From: Eledone cirrhosa
Lineage: Eukaryota
Assembly (NCBI GenBank): GCA_964016885.1
Contig: OZ024749.1
Coordinates: 13,454,001 to 13,518,000 of the forward strand
Direction of reading: 5' to 3'
DNA length: 64,000 nucleotides
Positions within the stretch are counted from its first letter, which is position 1. Every line of letters begins with the position of its first letter. The translations under genes were made by a program, and so were the position numbers. Below are positions 28,956 through 43,317 of this stretch, piece after piece. A model generated the notes under the pieces. The model ran no database searches and was not told where the DNA came from. It saw only the letters and a list, made by a program, of their open reading frames with translations.

Positions 28956-28969
28956 ATTATTATTCTATC

Positions 28970-29020
<51 letters not shown>

Positions 29021-29030
29021 AGTGTGTATA

Positions 29031-29227
29031 AGTTTAAATATAGATGAGATTCTACAGGACTAGAACTGTTTCATTCTTGAGAAATCATCAGGAAACTGAT
29101 GATTTCTCAAGAATGAAACAGTTCCAGTCCTGTAGAATCTCATCTATATTAAAACTCTTTTACACTCTGCTATGTATTGAGTACCTTACCTACTGTGGTT
29201 ACCTCCTATTCAACCTGGAATAACTTA

Positions 29228-29229
<2 letters not shown>
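29031..29229 (+). mobile_element. Fold-back Penelope-like terminal remnant: 61-bp inverted arms (29031-29091/29096-29156), hammerhead-like core, ~73-nt tail ending in (TA)n
   Basis: Arms pair with two mismatches around a GAAA loop. CTGATGA..GAAAC at 29096-29119. Confidence 0.7.
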
Positions 29230-29279
<50 letters not shown>

Positions 29280-29759
29280 TTTATTTAGATTTTACCGCTT
29301 GTATTATTTTTTATTGTATCTTTGTATTTTTATTCTTTAATTTTAATTTTGACCTTTCATATTGTTTTGTTTTGTTGATTTTTTCATCTTTTTTTCTACA
29401 TTTCCATTCCTTTCTATCGTGTGTTTGTTTTGTGTTTGTGTTGCGTTTGTTTGTTTTGTGTTTGTATTTGTCTTTGTTTGTTTTGTGTTTGTATTTGTCT
29501 TAGCTTGTTCTCGTTGTAGTGCATAGTAAACAGTAAGTAAGGAGAAGTCTTACGTCTTACTCTGTTGCTGCTCTGCTGCTCTATATTACGTAGTCACATC
29601 CCCGGTTTGGGAATATTGAAAGTTTTCATTAGGGACATCTGGAGACGATGTGGCCAGGATCACATGATCACATGATCACATGATCACATCACATATACTG
29701 ACAGTTTCATCTAGACTAGTCAGATTAACAAGATTTTGAACAGATAGAGGCAGCATGTA

Positions 29760-30730
<971 letters not shown>

Positions 30731-31104
30731 CACTATTTCCACTCCCACCTAACCCCATACCTACAGCCAATACCGTCTTCTATTTCTCTATGGCAGTCAA
30801 ACTACCCGAGATCTAAGTGATAATAAATACATTGCCCCACCCTGGGCCACATAGCTAAGAAAATAAGGAATATGAAGTAGATTATAGTAGGGTGTTATGG
30901 AGGGATAGGGATGGAATTAGGGGCTGGGCTGTTTCATATTTATACCATGTGTGTCTAGGGAATAATTGCATGTGGAGCCGAGGTAGAATCGACCTTGTCG
31001 CTTGTCATGCAAAAAACTATAGCTAAATATCACTGAAATCAGACACCCTTACTGTCTTGGGGGCAGTAAAGGCCTCATAAGGTAATAATGCATATGTTAC
31101 TATT

Positions 31105-31590
31105 CCAAGGGTGTGCCAACTATGGCACATGTGCCAAAGGTGGCACGCGAGAGGAATAGTTTGTTGGGATTTTTTTTAGTTTTTTTTTAGAGATTTTATT
31201 TCAAAAACTCAGCAACTTTTTAATATAAGAGTAAATAAGACCCTTATTGCTCCAATCTGTTCACAAAACATTGAGAAAATACACCCTATACCGAACGCCA
31301 ACTTACACCCATGACTCCTGCTAAACCAGAGGTTCTCAAAGTGGGCGCTACCGCCTCCGGGTGGCGTTGAGAACCTCCAGGGGGCGCTGGAGCCTAAGAG
31401 ACCGGTGGAGGGCATTAGAGATGATATAATAGTATATTAAATATCAAATTATACATATTATATAAAGATGTAGTAAAATAAGAAATATATAATATTTATC
31501 TATATAGTATATATATTATTCATTGTATATAAATTAATGATTTTATTTATTGTATATTATTTACAATTTGCGTGTATGCAGGTCTTTCTG
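31105..31590 (+). mobile_element. Two hAT-like non-autonomous DNA transposon left ends (from ~31105 and from 31327)
   Basis: Termini CAAGGGTGTGCCAACTATGGCAC and CAGAGGTTCTCAAAGTGGG resemble hAT/Charlie TIR starts. 31370-31585 is a diverged reverse complement of 56985-57180. Confidence 0.55.
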
Positions 31591-31698
31591 GATATAGAGA
31601 CATTGTTTCTTTGGCTCAATCTGAAGATCGGCTCCTTTCATTTTCTATTTTTGTTCTTTTTTTTTTTTCGTATTACATCAGCTATGAACTCCAGAGTA

Positions 31699-33655
31699 GA
31701 TGTGAGGTCTTATTGATATAGTGACTGATGTGAGGTCTTACTGATATACTGACTGATGTGAGGTCTTACTGATATACTGACTGATGTGAGGTCTTACTGA
31801 TATAGTGACTGATGTGCGGTCTTACTGATATACTGACTGGTGTGAGGTCTTACTGATATACTGACTGATGTGAGGTCTTACTGATATATTGACTGGTGTG
31901 AGGTCTTACTGATATACTGACTGATGTGAGGTCTTACTGATATACTGACTGATGTGAGGTCTTACTGATATAGTGACTGATGTGAGGTCTTACTGATATA
32001 CTGACTGATGTGAGGTCTTACTGATATACTGACTGATGTGAGGTCTTACTGATATACTGACTGATGTGAGGTCTTACTGATATAGTGACTGATGTGAGGT
32101 CTTACTGATATACTGACTGATGTGAGGTCTTACTGATATACTGACTGATGTGAGGTCTTACTGATATACTGACTGATGTGAGGTCTTACTGATATAGTGA
32201 CTGATGTGAGGTCTTACTGATATACTGACTGGTGTGAGGTCTTACTGATATACTGACTGATGTGAGGTCTTACTGATATAGTGACTGATGTGAGGTCTTA
32301 CTGATATACTGACTGGTGTGAGGTCTTACTGATATACTGACAGATGTGAGGTCTTACTGATATATTGACTGGTGTGAGGTCTTACTGATATACTGACTGA
32401 TGTGAGGTCTTACTGATATAGTGACTGATGTGAGGTCTTACTGATATACTGACTGATGTAGGTCTTACTGATATAGTGACTGATGTGAGGTCTTACTGAT
32501 ATACTGACTGGTGTGAGGTCTTCTGATATAATGACTGGTGTGAGGTCTTACTGATATACTGACTGGTGTGAGGTCTTACTGATATACTGACTGGTGTGAG
32601 GTCTTACTGATATACTTACTGGTGTGAGGTCTTACTGATATACTGACTGGTGTGAGGTCTTACTGATATACTGACTGATGTGAGGTCTTACTGATATACT
32701 GACTGATGTGGGGTCTTACTGATATATTGACTGATGTGAGGTCTTACTGATATACTGACTGGTGTGAGGTCTTACTGATATACTGACTGATGTGAGGTCT
32801 TACTGATATATTGACTGGTGTGAGGTCTTACTGATATACTTACTGGTGTGAGGTCTTACTGATATACTGACTGGTGTGAGGTCTTACTGATATACTGACT
32901 GATGTGAGGTCTTACTGATATATTGACTGGTGTGAGGTCTTACTGATATAGTGACTGATGTGAGGTCTTACTGATATATTGACTGGTGTGAGGTCTTACT
33001 GATATACTGACTGGTGTGAGGTCTTACTGATATACTGACTGATGTGAGGTCTTACTGATATACTGACTGATGTGAGGTCTTACTGATATACTGACTGATG
33101 TGAGGTCTTACTGATATACTGACTGGTGTGAGGTCTTACTGATATACTGACTGGTGTGAGGTCTTACTGATATACTGACTGGTGTGAGGTCTTACTGATA
33201 TACTGACTGGTGTGAGGTCTTACTGATATACTGACTGATGTGAGGTCTTACTGATATAGTGACTGATGTGAGGTCTTACTGATATACTGACTGGTGTGAG
33301 GTCTTACTGATATACTGACTGGTGTGAGGTCTTACTGATATACTGACTGGTGTGAGGTCTTACTGATATACTGACTGGTGTGAGGTCTTACTGATATACT
33401 GACTGATGTGAGGTCTTACTGATATACTGACTGATGTGAGGTCTTACTGATATACTGACTGGTGTGAGGTCTTACTGATATACTGACTGATGTGAGGTCT
33501 TACTGATATATTGACTGGTGTGAGGTCTTACTGATATACTGACTGATGTGAGGTCTTACTGATATACTGACTGGTGTGAGGTCTTACTGATATACTGACT
33601 GGTGTGATGTCTTACTGATATACTGACTGATGTGAGGTCTTACTGATATACTGAT
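31699..33655. repeat. 28-bp tandem array (GATGTGAGGTCTTACTGATATACTGACT), ~70 copies
   Basis: Highly homogeneous, with few recurrent variants (GAT/GGT; ACT/AGT/ATT). Confidence 0.97.
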
Positions 33656-33830
33656 TTGAAGTTGTTTAAATCAATAAATAGATAGATAGACAGATAGGGA
33701 ATTGGGGGGGGGGATATCCATGTAGGTAGATAGATAAATCGATAGATGGATAGATGGCGAGAGAGAGAGGGAGGTATAGATATGTTGGTAGATTGGTAGA
33801 TAGAGAGAGCGACAGACAGGCCGATAGATA

Positions 33831-34814
33831 TATTTCTTTATTAGCCACAAGGGCGAACAAGAAATGGGGACAAAACAAAGACATGCCGGGGATTTTACAT
33901 ACGATCGTGTAAAAAATATAAAACAAACAATTATAACAACCGAAATCCCCAATAGGGGGGAAACGCCACAAACGGATTGTTTAATACCCCTTCGATAGAA
34001 CAACCCTCAACTTCAGGAGCGCGTTGTGCAAGTGCTCCTCTCTCGCTTTTGATCTCTTCTTTAACCTACAGGTTTATATACAGAGAAGGCCCAATCACTC
34101 GGGCCATTTTTGCCTCATTCACCCCCCTTTCAGTAAATTTACTGGGGTGCAGTGCCTCTCTCTCCACTCTGATTCTCCTTCTAAAGTGGTATCTAAAGAA
34201 GGGAATGAATTGTTGTCCGGAGAGAAAGGCATCTGTCCTCAGTCCTCTCAATCTCGTCCACCGTATAACTTCTTTCACCATAGCCACTGTACAGAGGAAA
34301 ACCGCCTCTCTTTCGTTTTTGAAAGAAGTTGGCGGTTTGATCCTTCCTATGGACTCGGCAGTCAACTGAATTTGTCCCATACGCGACAGCAGTTGTTCCG
34401 CGTGGTTCCACAGGTCGGTTACGCCCGGGCAGTGTACCATTGCGTGCAGGGCGGATTCAAGTTTTGCTCCTGTGAGCCTTTAATATTCCTGCAGTAAGTT
34501 GCCGATCGCTCCGATTTCGGAGGCTTCCGACACCATTACCGTTACGTCGTCAGCATAAGCCGACGCCGCTTTCCGCAGTCCCGGTTTCACCGGGATGCCC
34601 TGCAGCAGCTTCAACTTCCGAGGTAGTGGCTCTAGAGTCAAGTACGTACAGAATGGAGAAGAGAGGTCATCCCTGTCGGATGGAACGCGTGATTGCAAAC
34701 GGCTCCGATAGGTAGCCGTTCACCTTGACCATGGACCAGATGTTGGTGTGCATTGCGGCGATCCAGACTCTGAAGACGCGTCCGAAACCGGCCGCCTTCC
34801 AAGTATCGAAGGTC
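33831..34814 (-). mobile_element. Tx1-like copy F (subfamily of copy C), 5'-truncated and internally deleted (RT piece joined to C-terminal piece near 34455)
   Basis: 3'UTR matches copy C. YADD-containing fragment at 34480-34698. GATAGAT at both ends. Confidence 0.88.
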
Positions 34815-34821
34815 GATAGAT

Positions 34822-34915
34822 GAATATATTTCTTTATTTGCCACAAGGGCGCACAAGAAAAGGGGATAGATAGATAACTTTATATTTATTTGCCACCAGG
34901 GCATCATGAAAAGGG
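34822..34915 (-). mobile_element. Two ~40-bp Tx1 3'-terminal mini-insertions (34822-34864, 34877-34915) separated by GATA repeats
   Basis: Each reads ..TTTATTTGCCAC.AGGGC...AAAGGG, the terminal motif of all Tx1 copies here. Confidence 0.82.
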
Positions 34916-35004
34916 GATAGATAGATAGTTAGTTTGTTAGATAGGTAGGTAGGTAGGTAGGTAGGTAGGTAGGTAGGTAGGTAGGTAGGTAGGTAGAGAT
35001 AGAT

Positions 35005-35046
<42 letters not shown>

Positions 35047-35066
35047 CTGGAAGACAGAGGTAACAT

Positions 35067-36117
35067 TCAATGACAGTTAAGTTCAGAGAGTAGAACACCG
35101 GAACGAATACAGTATAGTATTCTATCAGACATTCTACCCACTCTACTAATTTATTGCCTTAAATACGGTATAGTATTCTATCAGACATTCTACCCACTCT
35201 GCCTTAAATACGGTAAAGTATTCTATCAGACATTCTACCCACTCTGCCTTAAATACGGTAAAGTATTCTATCAGACATTCTACCCACTCTGCCTTAAATA
35301 CGGTAAAGTATTCTATCAGACATTCTACCCACTCTGCCTTAAATACGGTAAAGTATTCTATCAGACATTCTACCCACTCTGCCTTAAATACGGTATAGTA
35401 TTCTATCAGACATGCTACCCACTCTGCCTTAAATACGGTAAAGTATTCTATCAGACATTCTACCCACTCTGCCTTAAATACGGTAAAGTATTCTATCAGA
35501 CATTCTACCCACTCTGCCTTAAATACGGTAAAGTATTCTATCAGACATTCTACCCACTCTGCCTTAAATACGGTAAAGTATTCTATCAGACATTCTACCC
35601 ACTCTGCCTTAAATACGGTAAAGTATTCTATCAGACATTCTACCCACTCTGCCTTAAATACGGTAAAGTATTCTATCAGACATTCTACCCACTCTGCCTT
35701 AAATACGGTATAGTATTCTATCAGACATGCTACCCACTCTGCCTTAAATACGGTAAAGTATTCTATCAGACATTCTACCCACTCTGCCTTAAATACGGTA
35801 AAGTATTCTATCAGACATTCTACTCACTTTGCCTTAAATACGGTAAAGTATTCTATCAGACATTCTACCCACTCTGCCTTAAATACGGTAAAGTATTCTA
35901 TCAGACATTCTACTCACTCTGCCTTAAATACGGTAAAGTATTCTATCAGACATTCTACCCACTCTGCCTTAAATACGGTAAAGTATTCTATCAGACATTC
36001 TACCCACTCTGCCTTAAATACGGTAAAGTATTCTATCAGACATTCTACCCACTCTGCCTTAAATACGGTAAAGTATTCTATCAGACATGCTACCCACTCT
36101 GCCAATTTACTGCCTTA
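35067..36117 (-). repeat. 45-bp minisatellite (~21 copies, 35156-36103) amplified inside a SINE family 1-like head
   Basis: Unit GCCTTAAATACGGTAAAGTATTCTATCAGACATTCTACCCACTCT. The flanks read as a SINE head on the minus strand (AAGGCAGTAAATTGGCAGAGT...). Confidence 0.85.
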
Positions 36118-36458
36118 AAGAAACAAAATCAGAAACCGAAAAAACAAGAATTAGGGACAGAGAAATTGGGGGATGGTGAAGAATTATTACAAGACGACAG
36201 AAAAAGAATTGTTAAAGAATATATAAAGATGGTTGTGAAACTGGTTGTTAAGTCGAATAACTGACATTCTTGCTTCAGATATATATATTTATATATACTG
36301 GTTGTTAAGTCTGATATATATATTTATATATACTGGTTGTTAAGTCAGATATATATATTTATATATATTTTCCAAAGACAATAAACAGAACGGAAATAAT
36401 AGCTTTCAAGGAGCATCGACATCACAAAGATATAATTATAGTTCTGAAGCACATAACA

Positions 36459-36549
<91 letters not shown>

Positions 36550-36789
36550 TATATAGTCATATATACACACCTATATACAAGTGTACTCACACATATACGC
36601 ATATACGCTCACACAAACACACACGCTCATATACATTCATACACAATGGTATACACACATACACACACTGATATACACTCATACACACAGACACATATAC
36701 TCACACAAACGCACACACTGTTATACTTATGCCCATACACACACGTACAAACATTCATACACAAACACTCATAAACACAGGTGGTGGTT

Positions 36790-37996
36790 GAAATTCAGTT
36801 ATGCCCGGTTAAGTGGTAGTAGACGTGGTCGGACGGACATGAAGATTTACACACCTATGTAAAAAGTTCCAAGGAAGCAAATAGACGAGGTTTCAAATCT
36901 CTAACTTGAAAAATGTGGTCCCTGTGGCCCCAACACGGTCTATTTACTATCGCTTTCGGTGAGTTATTTCCCCCTGTTCTCTGCGTTCTTTCGCAGCGTT
37001 CTTTCGCTGTTAACATACAGTACCGTTTTATGAAATCGATTCTGCAGTACCATTTTACGAAATGCCAAACCGAAAACGGTCACTGTTTTCCATCAAAAGA
37101 AATAAAACCCTTAAATGTTCTCAAGTACGTTTTTTCCGATATCATTTTTATTTTAATTCTAATACATGTTAACCACCACTAACAGTAAGTAGTATTTTTC
37201 AAAGTCAAATGATAAGTTTAAAGAATACATGCATGTAAACTTAATGAATGGGATCAATAAGCCGTTTGGTTGCCGAGTTAATTAATTCAGCTTTTTTTGT
37301 TTTAATATTCATTGTAAACTTAAGGAATGGGATCTATAAGCCCTTTGGTTGCCGAGTTAATTAAGTCAGCCTTTTTTTTTTTAATATTCATTGTCTTATT
37401 TAAAATAACATATCAAACACAACGCTGTTAATAAACTGTTGCCTTCTACAGTACGTTTCATTTTCATTTTTCAAATACAGTTGCTCTATATTAAATTTAA
37501 ATACTTCTATAACGATCATACAGTACCGTTTTATGAAATCGATTCTGCAGTAGAATTTTACGAAATGCCAAACCGAAAAAGGTCACTGTTTTCTAACAAA
37601 AGAAATAAATCCCTTACATTGCGAACCCCCTGTTCTAATACTGAGGTTAGTTATTTCCCCCTCTTCTAATAAACGTCTAATATATAGAGGCCCCTCTTGC
37701 TGACCAGGGCAATCAAAGTGTAAACTATCATACAAACCTTCATAATATGCATTTTTAAACTTGCATATCATCGACATTGCTATTTCACTGTTAATAAACA
37801 ACGCTTTTCACGTCGCTCCACTTCTCATTGTACGCCGTCCAGCCCCTCCCCTTCTCATTGTACGCCGTCCAGCCCCAAATGCATATTTCTATTTTTTTTT
37901 CTGAAACTGCTTCTTTATAATAAACTTTCAATAATATTTTTCAAATTATTAACTTAATAAAAAATGGCCCCGGGTGCAACCGGGCTCAGCTGCTAG
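36790..37996 (+). mobile_element. Non-autonomous Helitron-like element (3' end defined, 5' end uncertain)
   Basis: GC hairpin CCCGGGTGCAACCGGG (37969-37984) 8 nt upstream of CTAG (37993-37996), followed by T. Internal direct repeats at 37015-37090/37518-37592 and 37236-37315/37315-37395. Confidence 0.65.
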
Positions 37997-38137
37997 TATA
38001 TATATATATGCGAAAAGTAAACAGAAAACAACGAACCAAGCAATTAAGTATGGTGAACATATATATTAGTTTATGAATGTATAATCATATAAATATATTT
38101 ATATTTATATATATATCTATTTATATATATATATAAA

Positions 38138-38210
<73 letters not shown>

Positions 38211-38215
<5 letters not shown>

Positions 38216-38406
38216 AACCAGTAAGACCCCGACAGCTGAGCTCAAGCCGTTTCGACGGCTAATTCTGGACGTCCAGAATTAGCCGTCGAAACGGCTTGAG
38301 CTCAGCTGTCGGGGTCTTACTGGTTCCTATTACCCACTCTACTACCTCAAGTATTGAGTACTTTGGTGCGTTATGGTCCACCTGGTTCCTTACCACATTT
38401 CCTTCG

Positions 38407-38407
<1 letters not shown>
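38211..38407 (+). mobile_element. Fold-back Penelope-like remnant: perfect 120-bp palindrome (38211-38330) + 77-nt tail, (TA)n on both sides
   Basis: No loop, centre GGAC|GTCC. Same family as 60320-60517 and 61039-61172. Confidence 0.75.
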
Positions 38408-38466
<59 letters not shown>

Positions 38467-38811
38467 ATTTAAAACTGCACTATTATAGATAAACAGGAAC
38501 GAGTTCAAGGTTAATACATTTTAAATTTTGTTGTGAGACAATTATTTCGATATCGATCAGCTCATGGTTCGATCACAATCTTCGAGACCCGACTCACCAT
38601 CGACATGTGTGTGTATATCGATGTATATGTATATGTGTGTGTTTGTGTGAGCTTATGTGTGTATGTATATGGGTGTTTGTGTATGTATGTATATGAATAT
38701 TTGTACGTGTATTTATGTCTGTATATATGTGTATATATATGCGTGTGTGTGTGTATATATATATATATATACATACAGAGAGAGAAAGAGTGAGAGCGAG
38801 TCTTATCATAA

Positions 38812-38850
38812 TGTTCTGATGAAGGGATATTAGTCCCGAAATATTAGGCG
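38812..38850 (+). ncRNA. Degenerate minimal type-I hammerhead ribozyme motif
   Basis: CTGATGA-A-GGGAT/GTCCC stem II-GAAATATT. Stem I pairs poorly. Confidence 0.5.
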
Positions 38851-38864
38851 AGGTAATAATATAA

Positions 38865-39138
38865 GTTTCTATTTATTGCCACGAGGGCACAAAAGAAGGG
38901 GACAAATACAAGAGGGTGGGAGCTTACACAGAAGAACGAGTAAAAAAAAACAAATAACAAATATAAAATTAACAATAAAGTCCTCAACAGAGAGGAGGCG
39001 TTTTGGGGGGTCGCACACAGCCCGAATAAGTGTGCAACTCTTCTCCTCGGGAGCACAGAGAGAGGGTGCTCCCTTGTTCTTCCATCTTTTTCACCTACAG
39101 TCTAATATAGAGAGAAGGCCCATTCACAAGGGCCATTC
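38865..39138 (-). mobile_element. 5'-truncated Tx1-like copy at a non-GATA site with 20-bp TSD
   Basis: TAGGCGAGGTAATAATATAA at 38845-38864 and 39139-39158. 3'UTR homologous to copies B and D. Confidence 0.92.
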
Positions 39139-39385
39139 TAGGCGAGGTAATAATATAACGGGTGGCTCAGTCAGATCTTCGCCGCCTCCAATTGTTACCA
39201 AAATTTATCGTCTATTTAGCAGTGACGCAGCCATCCAATAACACACTATATATTTACTTTTTCTATTATATTTATACACACATAGACATACAGACATACA
39301 CTCAAACACACACAGAGACTCACACACACATACATACATACATAATACAAACATACATACATACACATATATAAATATATATATA

Positions 39386-39441
<56 letters not shown>

Positions 39442-39469
39442 TATATATATATACATATATATATGTATA

Positions 39470-39524
<55 letters not shown>

Positions 39525-39526
39525 TC

Positions 39527-39558
<32 letters not shown>

Positions 39559-39749
39559 TCATATATATATATACATACATAGATATATATTCATATATAT
39601 ATACATATATATATATATACATACATAGATATATATTCATATATATATACATATATAGATATATACATACATATATATATATACATATATATATATAGAT
39701 ATAGATAGGTAAATATACACGGGTGTGTATGATTGTGTATAGAAGATTA

Positions 39750-40136
39750 TATTAATAAGAAGAATTCCAACTTTGTCTGATTTACTCGTTTTATTTACAA
39801 TCCTTTAAAATATATAATGGTATTATAATGAAATAGTATGATAGAATATTAAATTCTAAGTGTTAATTGAACAAGTACTTTCATGCTTTCGCAATCTTCA
39901 GGTTCATAATATGTGGTGACAGTCGAGTTTGCAATTTTCAACAGTTGAAAATTGCAAACTCGACTGTCACCACATATTATGAACCTGAAGATTGCGAAAG
40001 CATGAAAGTACTTGTTCAATTAACACTTAGAATTTAATATTCTATCATACTATTTCATTATAATACCATTATATATTTTAAAGAATTGTAAATAAAACGA
40101 GTAAATCAAACAAAGTTGGAATTCCTCTTATTAATA
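39750..40136. repeat. Near-perfect palindrome with 193-bp arms (centre 39943), Penelope-like, containing mirrored hammerheads
   Basis: About three mismatches between arms. Confidence 0.92.
39980..40018 (+). ncRNA. Minimal type-I hammerhead ribozyme (mirror copy on - strand at 39868-39906)
   Basis: Stem I TGAAC/GTTCA, core CTGAAGA, stem II T-TGC-GAAA-GCA-T, GAA, palindromic stem III AGTACT, cleavage-site nucleotide U. Confidence 0.72.
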
Positions 40137-40603
40137 CATATATATATATATATACATACATATATATATATAAATACAGTCTACGATTTCACAGAACTTA
40201 TGTTTACCGAATTCGCAGACCAGACCCCTTCTTCCTCCCGTTAGACCTGTGCGAAATTCCTTCCTTGCTCACATTTCAACCAGGTTTGATGGTCTTTATT
40301 CTCTCGTTCACGATTTCACCGAACTTAAATTCATAGAAATCTGGGACTTGTCTCCTTCTTCCTCACTTTCTGTTGCTTCACCATTTTGTTTGTTTACCCT
40401 CGCGTCCCCTTTATTTACGTGTCCCAACGACTTTTTTTAGCCGTTGCTCGCACCAACCGGAAGTATATGGTCTTTAAAGCGATGAAATGTCTATGATAGT
40501 TGGAAGATCACTGATGAAGGACAAACTTTTTTCATATGTAACCCATTTGCAACTCCTCAGCGCCCTTATTACCATATATATACATACATATATATATACA
40601 TAC

Positions 40604-40636
<33 letters not shown>

Positions 40637-40718
40637 CATACATATACATATATATGTATGTATATATATATGTATGTATATACATACATATACATATATA
40701 TGTATATGTATATGTATA

Positions 40719-40832
<114 letters not shown>

Positions 40833-41091
40833 CATACATATATATATAAATATACATATATATATGTAGAAGTTCTATTTAAATTGTTGGGATACAACAA
40901 GCAAATATTTTTATAACTGATATAAAGCACTCAACAAATTATTGGAGTAAAAATACGATATATTAACAAATGGAAACTATATTTATAAAACCATATTTAT
41001 TTCATTATACATATTTCAAGGACACCAAGTTAAATTATTGTGTGCTTTCATATATATACTTCGTTTTTTAATTTGTTTTGCAAAAATTCTT

Positions 41092-41366
41092 ATGTGAAAA
41101 CGTGTGTTGAAACAGACATTGTTATACTTTGAGAGGGTCATGCCGCCAATAAAAACACACGCACCTGTTGGTTTTCAATTCAATTTATTTTAATTTTCTT
41201 TTAGCTGATTCGATAACTGGATTTTTGTTTATATATATTGTCTAAGATCTTTCGTCACACATTCCGTAACCTCCTTGGTGACTGGGTTTTGATTTTGTGT
41301 CTCTCCTTTGTTCTGTCCTACACCAAACAATATAGCATTATTGGCAGCGGGATCCTCCTAAAGTAT

Positions 41367-41372
<6 letters not shown>
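41092..41372. mobile_element. (TA)n-adjacent repeat with imperfect inverted ends (41118-41151/41339-41372); related copy at 48010-48191
   Basis: Shares GAAAACGTGTGTTGAAACAGA.ATTGTTATACTTTG.GAGGGTCATGC with 48010. 48117-48190 is the reverse complement of 41118-41190. Confidence 0.65.
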
Positions 41373-41434
<62 letters not shown>

Positions 41435-41457
41435 GTATATTTATATATATATATATT

Positions 41458-41490
<33 letters not shown>

Positions 41491-41500
41491 ATTTATATAG

Positions 41501-42306
<806 letters not shown>

Positions 42307-42583
42307 ATAAATAAATAAATAGATAAATAAATAAATAAATAAATACATACGCAAGCACAATAACAACAAACATATATAAACACACACTAGTAAACATAGA
42401 ATACATTAACCAATACACAGTCACCCAATCACGAACACACATCAAACAAAACACTATACACACGCAAACGCATGCGCAAATAAGATAAAATAAAATAAAC
42501 AAACAAACAAACAAATAAATAAATATCTAAACAGACTAAATAAAGATGGCGTAGAAATACAATGCAACGGGAGGAATCTATAG

Positions 42584-42627
42584 CACCACTGACGATGTTG
42601 CAGATGTGCAACGAAAAAAATTTGATA
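42584..42627 (+). ncRNA. Degenerate hammerhead motif in the PLE 3' region
   Basis: CTGACGA-T-GTTGCA/TGCAAC stem II-GAAA. Stems I and III are decayed. Confidence 0.55.
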
Positions 42628-42826
42628 AACTATATATATGTGTTTGTGTCTATATTGTATCTGTATTATTTTTTACCGTTGGTCAGTCAATGGCAACATT
42701 GAGGACCGAATAAATTAGATTACCGATATAAAAGACACAGAAGCGAAAAGCGAAAACCAACCAAACAGTGAGTGTGTTCTGTTATTATTTCTGGCAATAT
42801 TACATAAATATGACCCTCCCCAAGTA

Positions 42827-42890
<64 letters not shown>

Positions 42891-43044
42891 GATATATATA
42901 TATATATATATTTATATATAGATATATATATAGATATATATAGATATATATTTATATATAGATATATATATAGATATATATAGATATATATTTATATATA
43001 GATATAGATATATATATATTTATATATATATATAGATATAGATA

Positions 43045-43309
<265 letters not shown>

Positions 43310-43317
43310 GAACAACA

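Noticed and set aside
29690-29730. Minus-strand CTGACTAGTCTAGATGAAACTGTC as a hammerhead
   Set aside because: The core is mutated and the stems are too short to call.
31699-36103. CRISPR-like appearance of the 28-bp and 45-bp arrays
   Set aside because: Units are contiguous with no unique spacers, there are no cas genes, and the context is eukaryotic.
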